Assembly: GCA_002633005.1 (NCBI GenBank)
Contig: NMRA01000481.1
Coordinates: 248,001 to 312,000 of the forward strand
DNA length: 64,000 nt
Source: Phoronis australis
Lineage: Eukaryota > Animalia > Phoronida
Direction: 5' to 3'
Shown one piece after another: positions 53,001 through 64,000 of this stretch. Position numbers and translations under genes: made by a program. The stretch's first letter is position 1. Each line of letters starts with the position of its first letter. Under the pieces are notes generated by a model, which saw only the letters and a list, made by a program, of their open reading frames with translations, searched no databases and was not told where the DNA came from.

Positions 53001-56000
53001 CTGTTAAGTGGTAAAGCATTTATGAGGTGCTACTTTTTTGTGAAAAAAGTGAAAAATTTGAAGCTAAATTTCACATGTTCCACATATCGTGTCCGAAATT
53101 CAAGAGACTTGACCGTTGTATGTTTTTACTACCGTTATTACCTGTTGTAACCTTTGATTGTAGTTTGAAGGCTGTGATAGTTTAAAGCAGTGACGTTCAG
53201 TTTTTGCTTTGGTGCTGTAAAGTTGTATCATACGCTGTGACCTGATTCTGAAGATACACTTAGGAGTTTGTTGTCGCCAAAGTGACGACAATAACAGCAT
53301 TTTCCACACGTTCTGCTCTTTTTGAGTTTGTGTCCACATCTGACATTTTATTGTTGACGACTTGAATCAGAACCGTGTGTTTTTACTACGTTTCGTACAG
53401 ACATTTTGTGATGATTTTGTTTCAATGTTTATTTCAGTGGTTGTTTTTGCCTGATCGTGGCCCCTGTAGGTTTGAGCTGATGAAGGTCAAATGCGTGTAC
53501 TGAAATCACTCTTTTCCGAGTGCGTATTCTAATTATGTTGTGAAATCAAGTGAATGATACCTTTGCTCGATTTTTCAGAAACTTGCATGCAAAATATTTG
53601 ATGAAAGCAAATGAGCTCACACACTGTTTAATATTGATTCTACCTTCCAGGAAATGTTGAATGAAAAAATGAGGAAGTATTCTGTAAAAAAATGTGTTAT
53701 TGACGTTAGACGACTGTTGTGCCTGGGTATTAAATTTTGAAGTGGGTACTGCACTGCTGGTGAGGTAATGGATCCAGTGATTCTTGAAGCATGATCCGAA
53801 ACCTATGGCCAGTATTCGTCTATTACGACCCCTTGTGGCAATAAAAATGTCTCGACTGCTGTACCTATTCATTAGGTTGCTCGTGGTTACATTTTGTTGT
53901 GGGCAGCTGGGAAATTAGGGTACCCACCCATTTCATGAGTTGACTCGAAAAAAGGGATGTACGTTAAAGAAGAGTCGGTAAAAACATCACCCTTTTGTGG
54001 AGTTCTGTTCTGGCAACATCACCCTTTGTAGAGACGCAGTCTTTAAGCCTGACCTGTCATTGAGTTTTGAGCTCAGGTAGTGAACCTTTTTATAGGAATA
54101 AACTTAAACTGGAAAGTCACCATTTTGTTGGTAATTTTTAAAAAATGCATAAATTTCAGATCACCCGTCTGAGCTGTACCTCCCATATATAGTAGCTCCC
54201 TCCCCCTGGATTCAAGTAATTTCCTCAATTTGTACTTTAAGTGGAGCATGATAAATTTATCTTAATTAATAGATGAAATGCAAACTGATTCGTGTAATTT
54301 TTGCTCAGGATAGGACTTTCAGCCTGCCATTTATAGAGAGTAACATAGGTATAAATATTTCAAAACTTAATTTGGACGTCATAATAAATTGAAGAAAACA
54401 AACTAGAACGTCAGGGTTTTATGGTATTTTTACTCAGATTTCTACTCCCTAAAACTGAGTTGTATTTTTCTTTTTTCCTCTAAAAAATTGAGGGGGAAAA
54501 TGTGAACCATGAGTGTATCTGTACAGAGCCCTGATTAGTCAGCAACACCTGTATAACTTCATGTTGCCAGACAGTAGAATATGGATCAAGCCCATATGTT
54601 GAGTCACAGCACTCATTGCTATTTTAATCTCCCCCAGGAATGTTGTTCACTTATTGGATAATAACTGTGCATTGTTCATTACAACCTTTGCCTTTGTCTA
54701 TCTATTTGTTTTGGTGGTTAAACAATGCCAGGATGTTTGGAGTTGATGGGTGTTTAACAGTACTTGTCATCTGGTGAAGGTATGATTGTATTCTTACTCT
54801 TGCTGTTTTGGACACGTCGCTCTGTTGCAGTCCATGTGACGAATCCTACACTAACATTTGGGGTTTTATTACCCCAACACCTAGGACTGTGATCAACCCG
54901 TCATAATCCTTTCGTAGTTAATGCTCGTGGCTTAGCTGCGATGCTGAAGAAAATTTAATCTCTTATAATGCTTCGATTTTAAAAATTCAAAGACTGCTAA
55001 TATTTACTTTTCAATTTTAAAACAGTCGTGTTGATCTTTTGTCTTGCTTATTGTTCGGTTTTTGACTTTGAAACTCATAGGGGGGGGGCTTTTCATACTA
55101 ACGTCGTTGCATCGATGTTTTGGGGTGTTGTGGTCAGTATGAATGGTTAATTTCGGTCATGTTGCAAAATGAATGGTCAACTTCGGTCCTATCCCGAAGT
55201 TATCGTCAGGGGCCACTGTTATTGTCAACAGTTACTGGATAGGATCATCGCTAATAGTTATGTTATGTCGCTATTCAGATTAAAAATAAGTTTACCGTAT
55301 GTCAATTAGCTCAGTAAATGTTCTGAAACTGCCACATTAAAAAAACCTTAGCATGCAGTGATACCTTGCTATTGTTTTGATGACAACAGTGTCACCTATG
55401 GTTTACTTCGAAGTCCATTAACAACCGAAGCCAGTATGAACGGTTTAGTTAACTTCACAGTTTACGTTGACGCTCCGCTCAGACCGGAGTTAAGTCAGTA
55501 TGAAAAGGCCTAAAGACCAAGCAGGTGTGTTGGTTTACGACTGCAATTATCTCATCCAGCACCCTCAGCCAAGCCTATGAATAACAAGTAGCTCCCTTCA
55601 ATTGGTGATGGCGCCATTAAGCCTGTGATGTGCCAATTTTAAGGACTTCGCTGGATATTCTGGGGTAAACCGTGCGCGTTTTCTTGTTCAATTGCGTGCA
55701 AATCTTTTTAACGTAAGATTTGTCTAATGTACCGTTAGTTCACCTGCAGTACAGGTGACTATGCTTCGATGATGGTTTGGAACCAGGGGATGGGATAGGT
55801 GTTGATGAGAGGGATTTTTCCCTTGCGACCAAGAACTTCTCTTCTAGTGGTGGGCGAGGACCCTGAGTAAGCTGGCAAAAGTGCAAGATCAGGCAAGTCT
55901 TCTTGAGAGATTGCCATGCATTATAGGCGAAGCATTGTGATCACACTAACTTTATTCATTAGGTTCTTGTATTCACCGAACTCTTTATGTTTAAACTTTG

Positions 56001-59000
56001 GCCCTGCACTTTCATACACCTGATGGCTTATTAAGTTTAGCATGACACATCATGCTGGCGTTAATTTATTAGACTGACAATGACTCATGTCAGATGTTTG
56101 AATCTATCGTTTTTACTAACTTGTTTCTACTCTACTAATGTAGACTAATATACTGGAAAGGAGTTGATATCAGCCGTAAATAGCTACACAAGAGTTAATG
56201 ACACTCAACTTTAAAAGTGGATTTCTGAAGTGCTCAACATATTTTTAGCTGATCTATGTTATAGGTCACCACCGCCAGCTGTGCATCACCTGACATAGTT
56301 AACTGTTTTATTTAGGCGGCATTTTTAGCAGCACAATGAACGGTTTGCCATAGGGTAGATACTTCAAGGCAAGTATTGATGATAATGCTGTTTTATGAGC
56401 TTTACTTTGATATGGATGGTCATGGAATTTTTATACTGTACTTGTAGATAGTCTGTTGCTTACCATATGTATCCAGACTAATGCCTGGGGAGTTAATGAA
56501 GCCACTGTCCTCTGGTGTCAAAAACAAAAACTTTCTTCGTAGGCTTGTCTATTCTCCCAAAGCAAGGCTATTGCGTTCTTATTCTGTTTGAATTAAAATT
56601 TGTTAGGATAAAGTGCCAGAAATTCCATCGATGTCCAGGCAGTTAATATTTTAACTGAAACTGCTCAGTTGCTTATCAAGTGAAGAACACTATTTATATT
56701 TACCAGTCATATTTACCTTTTTGCTAATTTCTTGTTACCAGGATTGCTGATACAAATTTGCCTGCGCTTCAGTTATGATTTACATTAATAATTGGGAACG
56801 AGATGGTGACTAGTACATTTGCATACGAAAAAGCTTGATACGCGTTTTGCATTGTAGGTTAAAACCTTAGGAAAAGTGTGATATTGTGGTATTTCATGAC
56901 GGGCCTTATTGAGCACAACTTGCATTACCTCAACACTGTGGCGTTAGTTGGCACACCTATGCCATGTCCGTTTAGTTAAATCTATGTCTATACAGTCTCA
57001 TACACTCCATCGTCTTGTTCCTGGATCATCCCGAGCCGGGATTTTGCCTGGCTGGATAGAACATATAATATTCACCTGTATTCAATATAAATTATGGAGA
57101 ACTCTGAAGCAGTTTGTTACCTAACCACATCTTCAAGGTATGCCTGAGTGACCGAATTCAGAAGAAGTCCATTATCCAGTTAAGGGGTGGGTTAATCAGG
57201 TGCTGGGATTTTGCATTACATTAAAATTTGCCTGGTTAATTAACAGCAGCTGCTCTGTGATGATCCTGTTCATGCCTTACCTTTGTGTACACCAAGGTAT
57301 ATCATGTCTCAGAACAGGTAATGGGATAGGTTAGTTATGCTCTATCACCTGGTGTCTAAAGCCTGCAGGTAAAATTGTCTTGATTTTATACTTTGGGGGA
57401 AAAGTCATGTTATTGTACTAAAAGCGAATAAACATTGGTCTTTAAGAAACAGCCGTGTTTTGGATTAGCTCACCTTGACTTCTAACTTTGTAAAAGATGT
57501 TTATATTTGTTACTGTAAGTGGTGTTGAACAAAACACTGGTTCCTGCCGATTGATTATGGCTTCCTTAAAAACACTACTAGAAGTCCGTGTTTCATTCAA
57601 GAGCACGTACATTTTCTTTAAGATTAGTAATTTTTATCTTTTAGAATTTTACAACCAAAAACTGTGGTATACAACTAACTCTTCATGCTAACATTATATT
57701 GCTTATCAGTTCATTATCTTCGTAAAGGCGCTCTAGTCAAAAATGTGGACTAACAGTTAAGGCATCAGTCTGTAATTAACAAGATACTGTTTATTAAGAA
57801 GTCTTGTACTGCAATCACAGGTGGATCCAGTTACCTGCAGTATTTGGGTTTCCATCTAAATCATTCCTGGGGTTTCGTCTGCTCATTTTATATGCAGAAA
57901 TGAGGGCTAAGTTTATGGAAAAGATGTTCGTCATTTGTCCAAACATCTGAGTTGTGTTGATTTTCTCATAGCTTTATTTTACAATTGGTTCCTTTCTATT
58001 GGTCGAGATTTTTTTCCCATCACCTTGGTCCTACTAAGCTGGAACTTTTTTCCACCATTCTTTAGTAAAACGAGTAGTTTATTTACAAGTGTTCCAGGCT
58101 CTGTTGTACGACTTTCTTGTCGGTGTCGTTCTTAGCCAGTCTCATGTCATCAAATTTTCAGATTCTCCACGAAATGACAAGCAATTAGACACAGTGATTA
58201 GATTATGTGGTTATGATGGATAGGCAATCAGATCACTTCTGTCGTAGCTGAAGAGGCGACTTGGACGTAGGTCATTACGGTATAAAGTAGTGGACTGTGG
58301 TCAGTCAGCCATAGCATGCTGTTGGAGACTGAAGGACATCGACGTGGCATGGAGTCCGTGAGCTCTAGATCCAAACCATTACTTCTGTCTCCTCACACGT
58401 AAGTCTGAACAATTCTCGACAACATTTGTGGCGAAATACTTATTTTTCGGTGTTTCGCAAATTTGGTTAAGAATGTTGTCAGGTCCAATACTGAAATTGA
58501 AACCTGAAATGTCCATGTTTAGGTATGGCAGCTAAGATTCTGTGTATTAAGTGTAGCAGTAATGGGATTGGGCCCTGGTTTTCGGTGCCTGTACTGTGCC
58601 GAATAACGGAGTCGGCTCGCAATTGTATCAAAACCAAACTTACCCGTTGCCAAAGTCAATGTTTTGGGCTTCATTTTCAATTTCAGTCAACTATGATGTG
58701 AAACAAAGCCAGCGTGAAGCCGAACTCCAGTTCACAAATGGTCAAGTTAATTAACCCTGAGTCCCTGTCGACTTTCTGTAAGGGTGGGCATCCTAATTTC
58801 CCAGGGCTCACCCCATCAAAATCTCTTGTCCAGTCCCACCTCTGGGGTTATAGGACAAAACATCCGAACTTCACTTTACTTTGTCTTGGTATTGCTATCC
58901 AAAGAGTATCGATATTAAATTGACTGAATATATGTAGGCATCGTACCGATTTTCAAATACTGGTGCCCATTCGTTAGTTGTTGTCTTTATGACTTTTTGT

Positions 59001-62000
59001 ATCCTAGACTTGTTTGATAGTTATTGCGTTGCTGTGGATGGCGATCGGATTTTATTACAGTATTACTACATTTTTTCTCACAAAAACAATCTTCAAAATT
59101 TTCCCATTTTTCGAACACTGTTTACCTGGCTGCAAATAATGGTAGCTTTTATTACCAAATATTTTTTATTCTGTCTGAAATTTTATTATTCAATGTTTTT
59201 GTAGATAATTCTGAGAAAATAAAAGTTCAATACCTTGCCAGATTGTGTGCTACTGTCTACTCTGGGTCATAAGTGCGTGTGATGTTGGTCTGTGAAAGCC
59301 TGTCTGTTGGTCATAAATGAGAGTGATGTTGGTCTGTGAAGCGAGTGTGACGTTGGTCTGTGAAAGTCTTTTGGTGGTGAAGTTGGGCTTATTGCAACTG
59401 TATAAAGTTGATGAAAGTACAATGGAAACCAGAGAAAATTCGGTTGTTAATATGTTTACAAAGATATCAGATTTTTTTCAAAGTGGCAATAAATCCACAT
59501 TCCATCTGAAAAAATGAGTGAATTTTGATATAGATCACTTACTATAAAATTGGTCTCAATTTGCTTTTTACTCAAATGGGAAACGATTTTTGGTCTTGCA
59601 AAGTGCATGGTGACAGTTCGTTATTCCTTGAGACAGTAAATAAAATGACACGCTGTTACAAGTCAGCTTATAAAGCCTTGTCTCGAGCAATAACCAATTG
59701 TCAGGTCTTTCCAGTACCAGGAACTGCACCTTAATTTTGGCCAAGTAAAAACTACGGTCTGATTTCATTATGGTGTGTGGTCTAAAACATTTTTTGTGAT
59801 GGAAGGTATGTTTGTAGCCACTAATGTTGAGACCAACGGACCAACTCCCCTGGGTACGGTTCCATAAAATTTAAACACAGGCTAGCAAGGATATGTCATT
59901 ATCAGACCAGATGTTGCTTTTGTTGAACAGTGCACTTGAAGTCTTGAAATTGTCAAACTTATCCAGCGAGTAAGTTTCAAGTTTTATGCAGCCCAAACCT
60001 GCAGTATTCATGCAGCGTTTTGCATCAGAAACTTATTCTGTCTTGTGTAATTTCTAAATGAAATCAGTTTTGGTTTGGTGATGGAATGGCTATTAATTTC
60101 TTTAGATTACTGGACAAGCTGTTGGTGGTTTGTCCCAATGTTGACTATTGTGAGGAAGTGCTCCCCCGGTCCGAGCTGGAGACCCACCTTAAACACAGGT
60201 GAGTGGACATTTAATGACGCGATTGCTGTTGGTGGTGGGGTCCATTTTATGAAAAGTGACTGAAAACTTAAGTCAGTAATTTGGTTGTATGCTCCGCACA
60301 ACAGTTTCTGAAAAACGATTAAATCTCACTTGAACAAAAGTGTAGTCTCTGAAAACATACGCCTACTTGTCCGCGAGTTACGGAGATAATTTCTATAAAT
60401 TATGCTGTACTGTGATGCTCTCATATTTACTTAGCTAAACACTTTTTCATCAATTGTGGTGTGGGAGCTGAGGACCAAATCTCTATATTAAGTCATTCCT
60501 TGAAATGGACCCGGGGGGGGGGTTCTGTTCAGGCCTTTATGCAGCGTAGGTCCTGGACGCCCTAGCACTAATATGGACGCTCTGACAGGGACGCCCAATG
60601 TATCATTTGGACACCCACTGTCAATAAGAACCGTTGAAGTTTGGACACACACATTGTAATGATTACAAGGAAGCCTCTGAAGGCTCAGTGGGGCTCTTTT
60701 TTACAAAGCAGGAAGAAATATACAATGTATATACAAAGTATATACAATGTAGCTATGCTCACACTTGGTTGATAGCATTGTAAAAGTCTTGGTCTACACC
60801 ATTTTTTTATTAAAATGCTCACTACAGAAGGCTGTTTTGTAAACTTAAAAGTAAAAGCCTTGGTCTATGCATTTTTTGTAAAAAATCTGTGTGTTTGGGG
60901 GGATTGCTGGGGGTGGGGGGTTACGCGTCGGAATTATGGACGCCCTGGAATATTGGGAACCCCATTTTGGACACCCTATCTTCGAAATCCTGGATAAAGG
61001 CCTGGTTCTGTTTCTTGAAGTTAGTTGGCAAAAGTTGATGTTTTGGCTTTGGCTTTTCGTCTGGTCTGAGTACTCTGCGACCAGTGCCAGTTGAAGACTA
61101 AGATTTTCTCAGTCTCTATTTTTTGTGGAGAAATTTGACAAAGTAGAATTTCCCTTGTCCGCCATATTGTCTGCTGAATAAGTGAGGAATTGCCTTCTGA
61201 AGACTTATTTTTAGCCGGGGTCAATATGAGCGAAAATATCCGTATCAGAAAATATCAAGAGCTAAATCTATCTATATTTCGTATTGATATGCAGCATTAA
61301 TGTTAGGTGCTGTAGAATACATTGTACTTGACACATGCAGAAAATATTACAGATAGGATATTCTAATTATGTGCACTGGTGTGGGCCTATATAAAGCTGT
61401 AGTTGTATACCTGGCCTGACGAGAACTGGCCGGGTTTTTAATTTCTTTTCATTTAATATTTAGCCTTGAATGATAACAGAATCTTTATTTGGTAAATGAC
61501 TATAGTTGTTCTCGTTCACGTTCTGGTTACATTTTTGTCTATGTGCTGGATTACGTTTTTGAATTTCTGGGGAAACTTTGAATTTTCTTGAAAAATTTGT
61601 TGTTCTTCCCATTATGCATGGTGCTATGTGTCCCTACTGACTTCAGTTTTGGACATGAACTGTCAAACTGCTTACAGTACACATGCATTAGGTCAATCTG
61701 ACATTAGTTAAGAAAAGATATATTCAGCTCTTTGAAAATTGTCACAGTCTTGTGATCTTTGTGCAAAGTGAAAGGTGGCCATTCAATGAAGTGTCATGGG
61801 GGTTAAACAGAAGGGCAGTCATAAAACCTTCTTAATGCCAGATTATCTGTTCTTGTGGTATAAAATCATACATTTTACTCTCATATAATTACACACATTC
61901 ACATGTAGATGTACTACATATATATATTATATTCATCAGGTGCTGCGGTGCTGTTGTCAAATGTGTGCACGCTCCATTCGGATGTACGTTCCAAGGTCCG

Positions 62001-63137
62001 CGCAGTGCACTGCAGAGCCACCTGTGGGAATGCTCCTACAACAACGGGCAGGGTAAGGCAGTACTGATGGTTAATACTACCTAATACTGACCACTAATTG
62101 TAGCTGCCTCTTCTGCTCTTGTGGTGCCCTCTGTGGTCCTCAACTTTCATGCTTTGCCCCTCAGTATACTTTTTACCTTTTGCCACCTTTTGTCTATCAA
62201 AAACATGTCCAAATGACGATTGCCCCGGAAAGGCAGAACTATAAGTCGATCAGTTTTTTGGACTATTTAAAAGTTGAAGCAGTAACTTATTTCATTCTCT
62301 TTTTCAGAAATGTGCTAAAACAACTTTCAAGTCCTTTGTTTTTTCCTTATAATGTAACACTGTTGTTTAATGTGAAAATAGACCACTCCTTGTTTAATTA
62401 CGAAATGTTACTTAAATGTCCAACAAGGGCCTCTTTTGTGACGTAAGAGCACATTAATTACTTGCTCTATCCGTTCTCATAGTTTTGGCTGCGAGCAGCA
62501 GTTGCAAGGATCGAGTCCTCGGTAGCTCAGTGGTGAGAGCACTACACCGACAATCTAGAGACCCGTGGCTCGATTTCCAGTTAGAGTTCCTGATTTTTCT
62601 CCGTTTATTTGACATATTTTGTTGGACAATATGGCTGGTTGAACTATGGCAAAATTCTCCAGTTCTGAACGAGTATTTTGTTCAAGGCCGGGGCTTGTAC
62701 CAAATTTTAGAAATGTTTTTACAAACACACTTGCGCAGATCGGCTGTTCCATGTTAGATGCTCCGTGACAATTGTCTCCCCTGTAAGTGTGACTATAATA
62801 ACGATTTCTTGTTATACAACAGTGAGTGGGATGACTGACGCGGGTCATTATTGAGGAGTTAGAGACGTTGGTTTGCCTCTTGCCATCACAGAATTCTTCT
62901 TATTGGCACCGCGAACACATCATTCATTTATTCATCTCTGAAATCTCTAGGTACCCTTCCAAAGTAACAGAGCTGGGTATAGTGTTCATGCTGCGACCAA
63001 TTATTTAGTTTCTGTGTTGCATTGCAGATACCATGTCGAAAAGGCCCATTGTGGAGGGGGAGATAACTACCATCGATATCCAGCGAGGTTGTTATGACCT
63101 TGGCATTAGTATTGTTGGGGGCTGTGACACACCATTG
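31896..63137 (+). CDS. LNX2: Ligand of Numb protein X (LNX1/LNX2-like) RING-PDZ E3 ubiquitin ligase, first 5 coding exons (210 aa), 3' incomplete
   Basis: join(31896..32086,32812..32934,60106..60198,61940..62052,63028..63137), phases 2,2,2,1,0. Contains the N-terminal Zn motif CRKCGQLH...[13 protein letters not shown], a C3HC4 RING ([38 protein letters not shown]), [32 protein letters not shown], and the PDZ1 start [28 protein letters not shown]. All fit LNX1/2; orthology to one vertebrate paralogue cannot be resolved. Confidence 0.92.
32812..32934 (+). CDS. LNX2: LNX exon: second half of RING
   Basis: tgttag|G TGC GGA CAT ACT TTC TGT...CAG AG|gtaagg. Confidence 0.93.
39025..41060. repeat. 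Tandem near-identical duplicate 39025-40035 / 40037-41060 around the n at 40036; probable artefact
   Basis: Both copies start tgtttcaact and end ttgacaaagg; SNPs plus a ~12-bp indel. Confidence 0.9.
49356..49689. mobile_element. Possible Kolobok-type non-autonomous element
   Basis: TTAA|AGGGAC ... TCCCCT|TTAA short termini with TTAA flanks; short TIRs give limited specificity. Confidence 0.4.
50454..50546. other. Assembly gap (93 N) inside a poly-G tract
   Basis: Run of n flanked by G homopolymers. Confidence 0.99.
55087..55510. mobile_element. Harbinger-like MITE
   Basis: GGCTTTTCATACTAAC ... GTCAGTATGAAAAGGCC|TAA; internal CAGTATGAA repeats. Confidence 0.6.
58316..58398 (+). CDS. Candidate alternative first coding exon of a RING-less LNX isoform
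   Basis: TATAAA 58281-58286, TCAGTC 58301, in-frame ATGs at 58316 and 58349 (gcATGG), donor AC|gtaagt in phase 2 matching acceptor 60106. Confidence 0.5.
60106..60198 (+). CDS. LNX2: LNX exon: post-RING Zn finger
   Basis: ctttag|A TTA CTG GAC AAG...CAC AG|gtgagt. Confidence 0.92.
60530..61004. mobile_element. Non-autonomous hAT element, 475 bp
   Basis: TIRs CAGGCCTTTATGCAG / CTGGATAAAGGCCTG (14/15), perfect 8-bp target duplication GTTCTGTT (60522-60529 and 61005-61012), subterminal TGGACGCCC repeats. Confidence 0.92.
61940..62052 (+). CDS. LNX2: LNX exon: TRAF-type Zn finger
   Basis: catcag|G TGC TGC GGT...CAG G|gtaagg; [37 protein letters not shown]. Confidence 0.88.
62515..62587 (+). mobile_element. 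tRNA-derived sequence (SINE head or tRNA pseudogene)
   Basis: A box TAGCTCAGTGG 62523-62533, degenerate B box GGCTCGATTTC ~62567-62577; acceptor and anticodon stems are imperfect. Confidence 0.65.
63028..63137 (+). CDS. LNX2: LNX exon: start of PDZ1
   Basis: ttgcag|AT ACC ATG...CCA TTG|gtaagt; GISIVGG carboxylate-binding loop. Confidence 0.92.
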
Positions 63138-63699
63138 GTAAGTAGCGTCCGCTGTATTTTGGGATTAATTGCACTTTTTTAAAGTTACGGAGAATATAAA
63201 TGTACTATAGTTGGAGTTACGCCCAGAAAGTGATAGAAAGCATTAGGTGTGGGCATTAATTATGCCATTTTTCATACATTAGAAGTAATACGACATTGAG
63301 GACTGCTGCGAATACTAAAAATTGTACAAATTAAAGCGGCAAACCTGCGTTGCATACAGCAAACGAACTCTATTTTAAGACCTCCAGTTGACACTGTGAA
63401 AACTGTCTCTACATGAGGTAAGTAATTTTTGGGTTCGTAAAAAGAACTAACAGTTCATAATCTGTTGAGACCATGCTCGGCGTTTAAAATGATACGCTTT
63501 GACAAACTGGTTGTTATTACCTGATCACCAACAATAACACACTTCTAATCACATCTTTGAAGCCGTTAAAGCACAATTTCAAGTACATTTCATAACGGTA
63601 TAAGGTCGAAATCAAAAGTTAGTTTTTATGATAAAAGTTGGGTTTATAACCAATAATAAAGTTGTATTGAATTTACTGTAATTTTCATTTGTGTCGCAC

Positions 63700-63925
63700 A
63701 AAAATAATTGCCAAAATGGACGTTGTTCCGTTCTTCAAGGGCTGATTACTGCATTGGAAATAACGAGTGTTACAGGAAATGTCGTTTTGTAACTTTTACA
63801 CACTACAACTCGTGCTTGTAACAGACAAAAGCGTTCTTAATCTTTAGTTTTGTGGAGAAATTTTAACAAAATAGGATTTTACTTGTCAGCCATATTTGTG
63901 TTGAATATGTGAGGAATTGCCATGA
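63700..63925 (+). repeat. Abundant ~220-bp dispersed repeat family (representative copy)
   Basis: AAAATAATTGCCAAAAT...AAAATAGAATTTCACTTGTCGGCCATATTGTG motifs recur near 9530, 34845, 42510, 51665, 52120, 52900, 61130 and, inverted, near 7090. Confidence 0.7.
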
Positions 63926-64000
63926 CTTGCATTGTGTGCTCATATTTTCTTTTAAAGATCTATTGCATGCTCCTAACTATGCTCATTTATAGCAGGAACT

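Noticed and set aside
62515-62587. Functional tRNA gene
   Set aside because: The B box and the stems are degenerate.

Overview
AT-rich, intron-rich eukaryotic (invertebrate animal) DNA from a draft assembly. Three spliced genes can be rebuilt by hand from GT-AG junctions with consistent reading phase. (1) The 3' end of a QSER1/PRR12-like DUF4211 gene on + (exons 1797-2062, 3286-3381, 4127-4213, 5309-5356). (2) A complete MOB2 gene on - (5 coding exons, 28978 down to 15977, 251 aa). (3) Head-to-head with MOB2, the 5' part of an LNX1/2-like RING/PDZ E3 ligase on + (5 coding exons, 31896-63137, with a 27-kb intron; it continues beyond the window). The rest is intronic or intergenic and holds non-autonomous DNA transposons, SINE-like fragments and minisatellites. 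Three ~1-1.4 kb tandem 'duplications' sit exactly at single-n joins and look like haplotype-overlap assembly artefacts. Most interesting leads: (a) several phase-compatible candidate alternative first exons in the large LNX intron that would give RING-less isoforms; (b) nine co-oriented CTCF-like motifs at ~146-bp spacing inside a Helentron/HINE-like element between two convergent genes; (c) an LNX architecture with an extra TRAF-type zinc finger and no NPxY motif before PDZ1; (d) an inverted pair of 1.4-kb transposons in MOB2 intron 1. Family assignments rest on recalled protein and element features, not database searches. Nearly all other ORFs in the supplied track look spurious.
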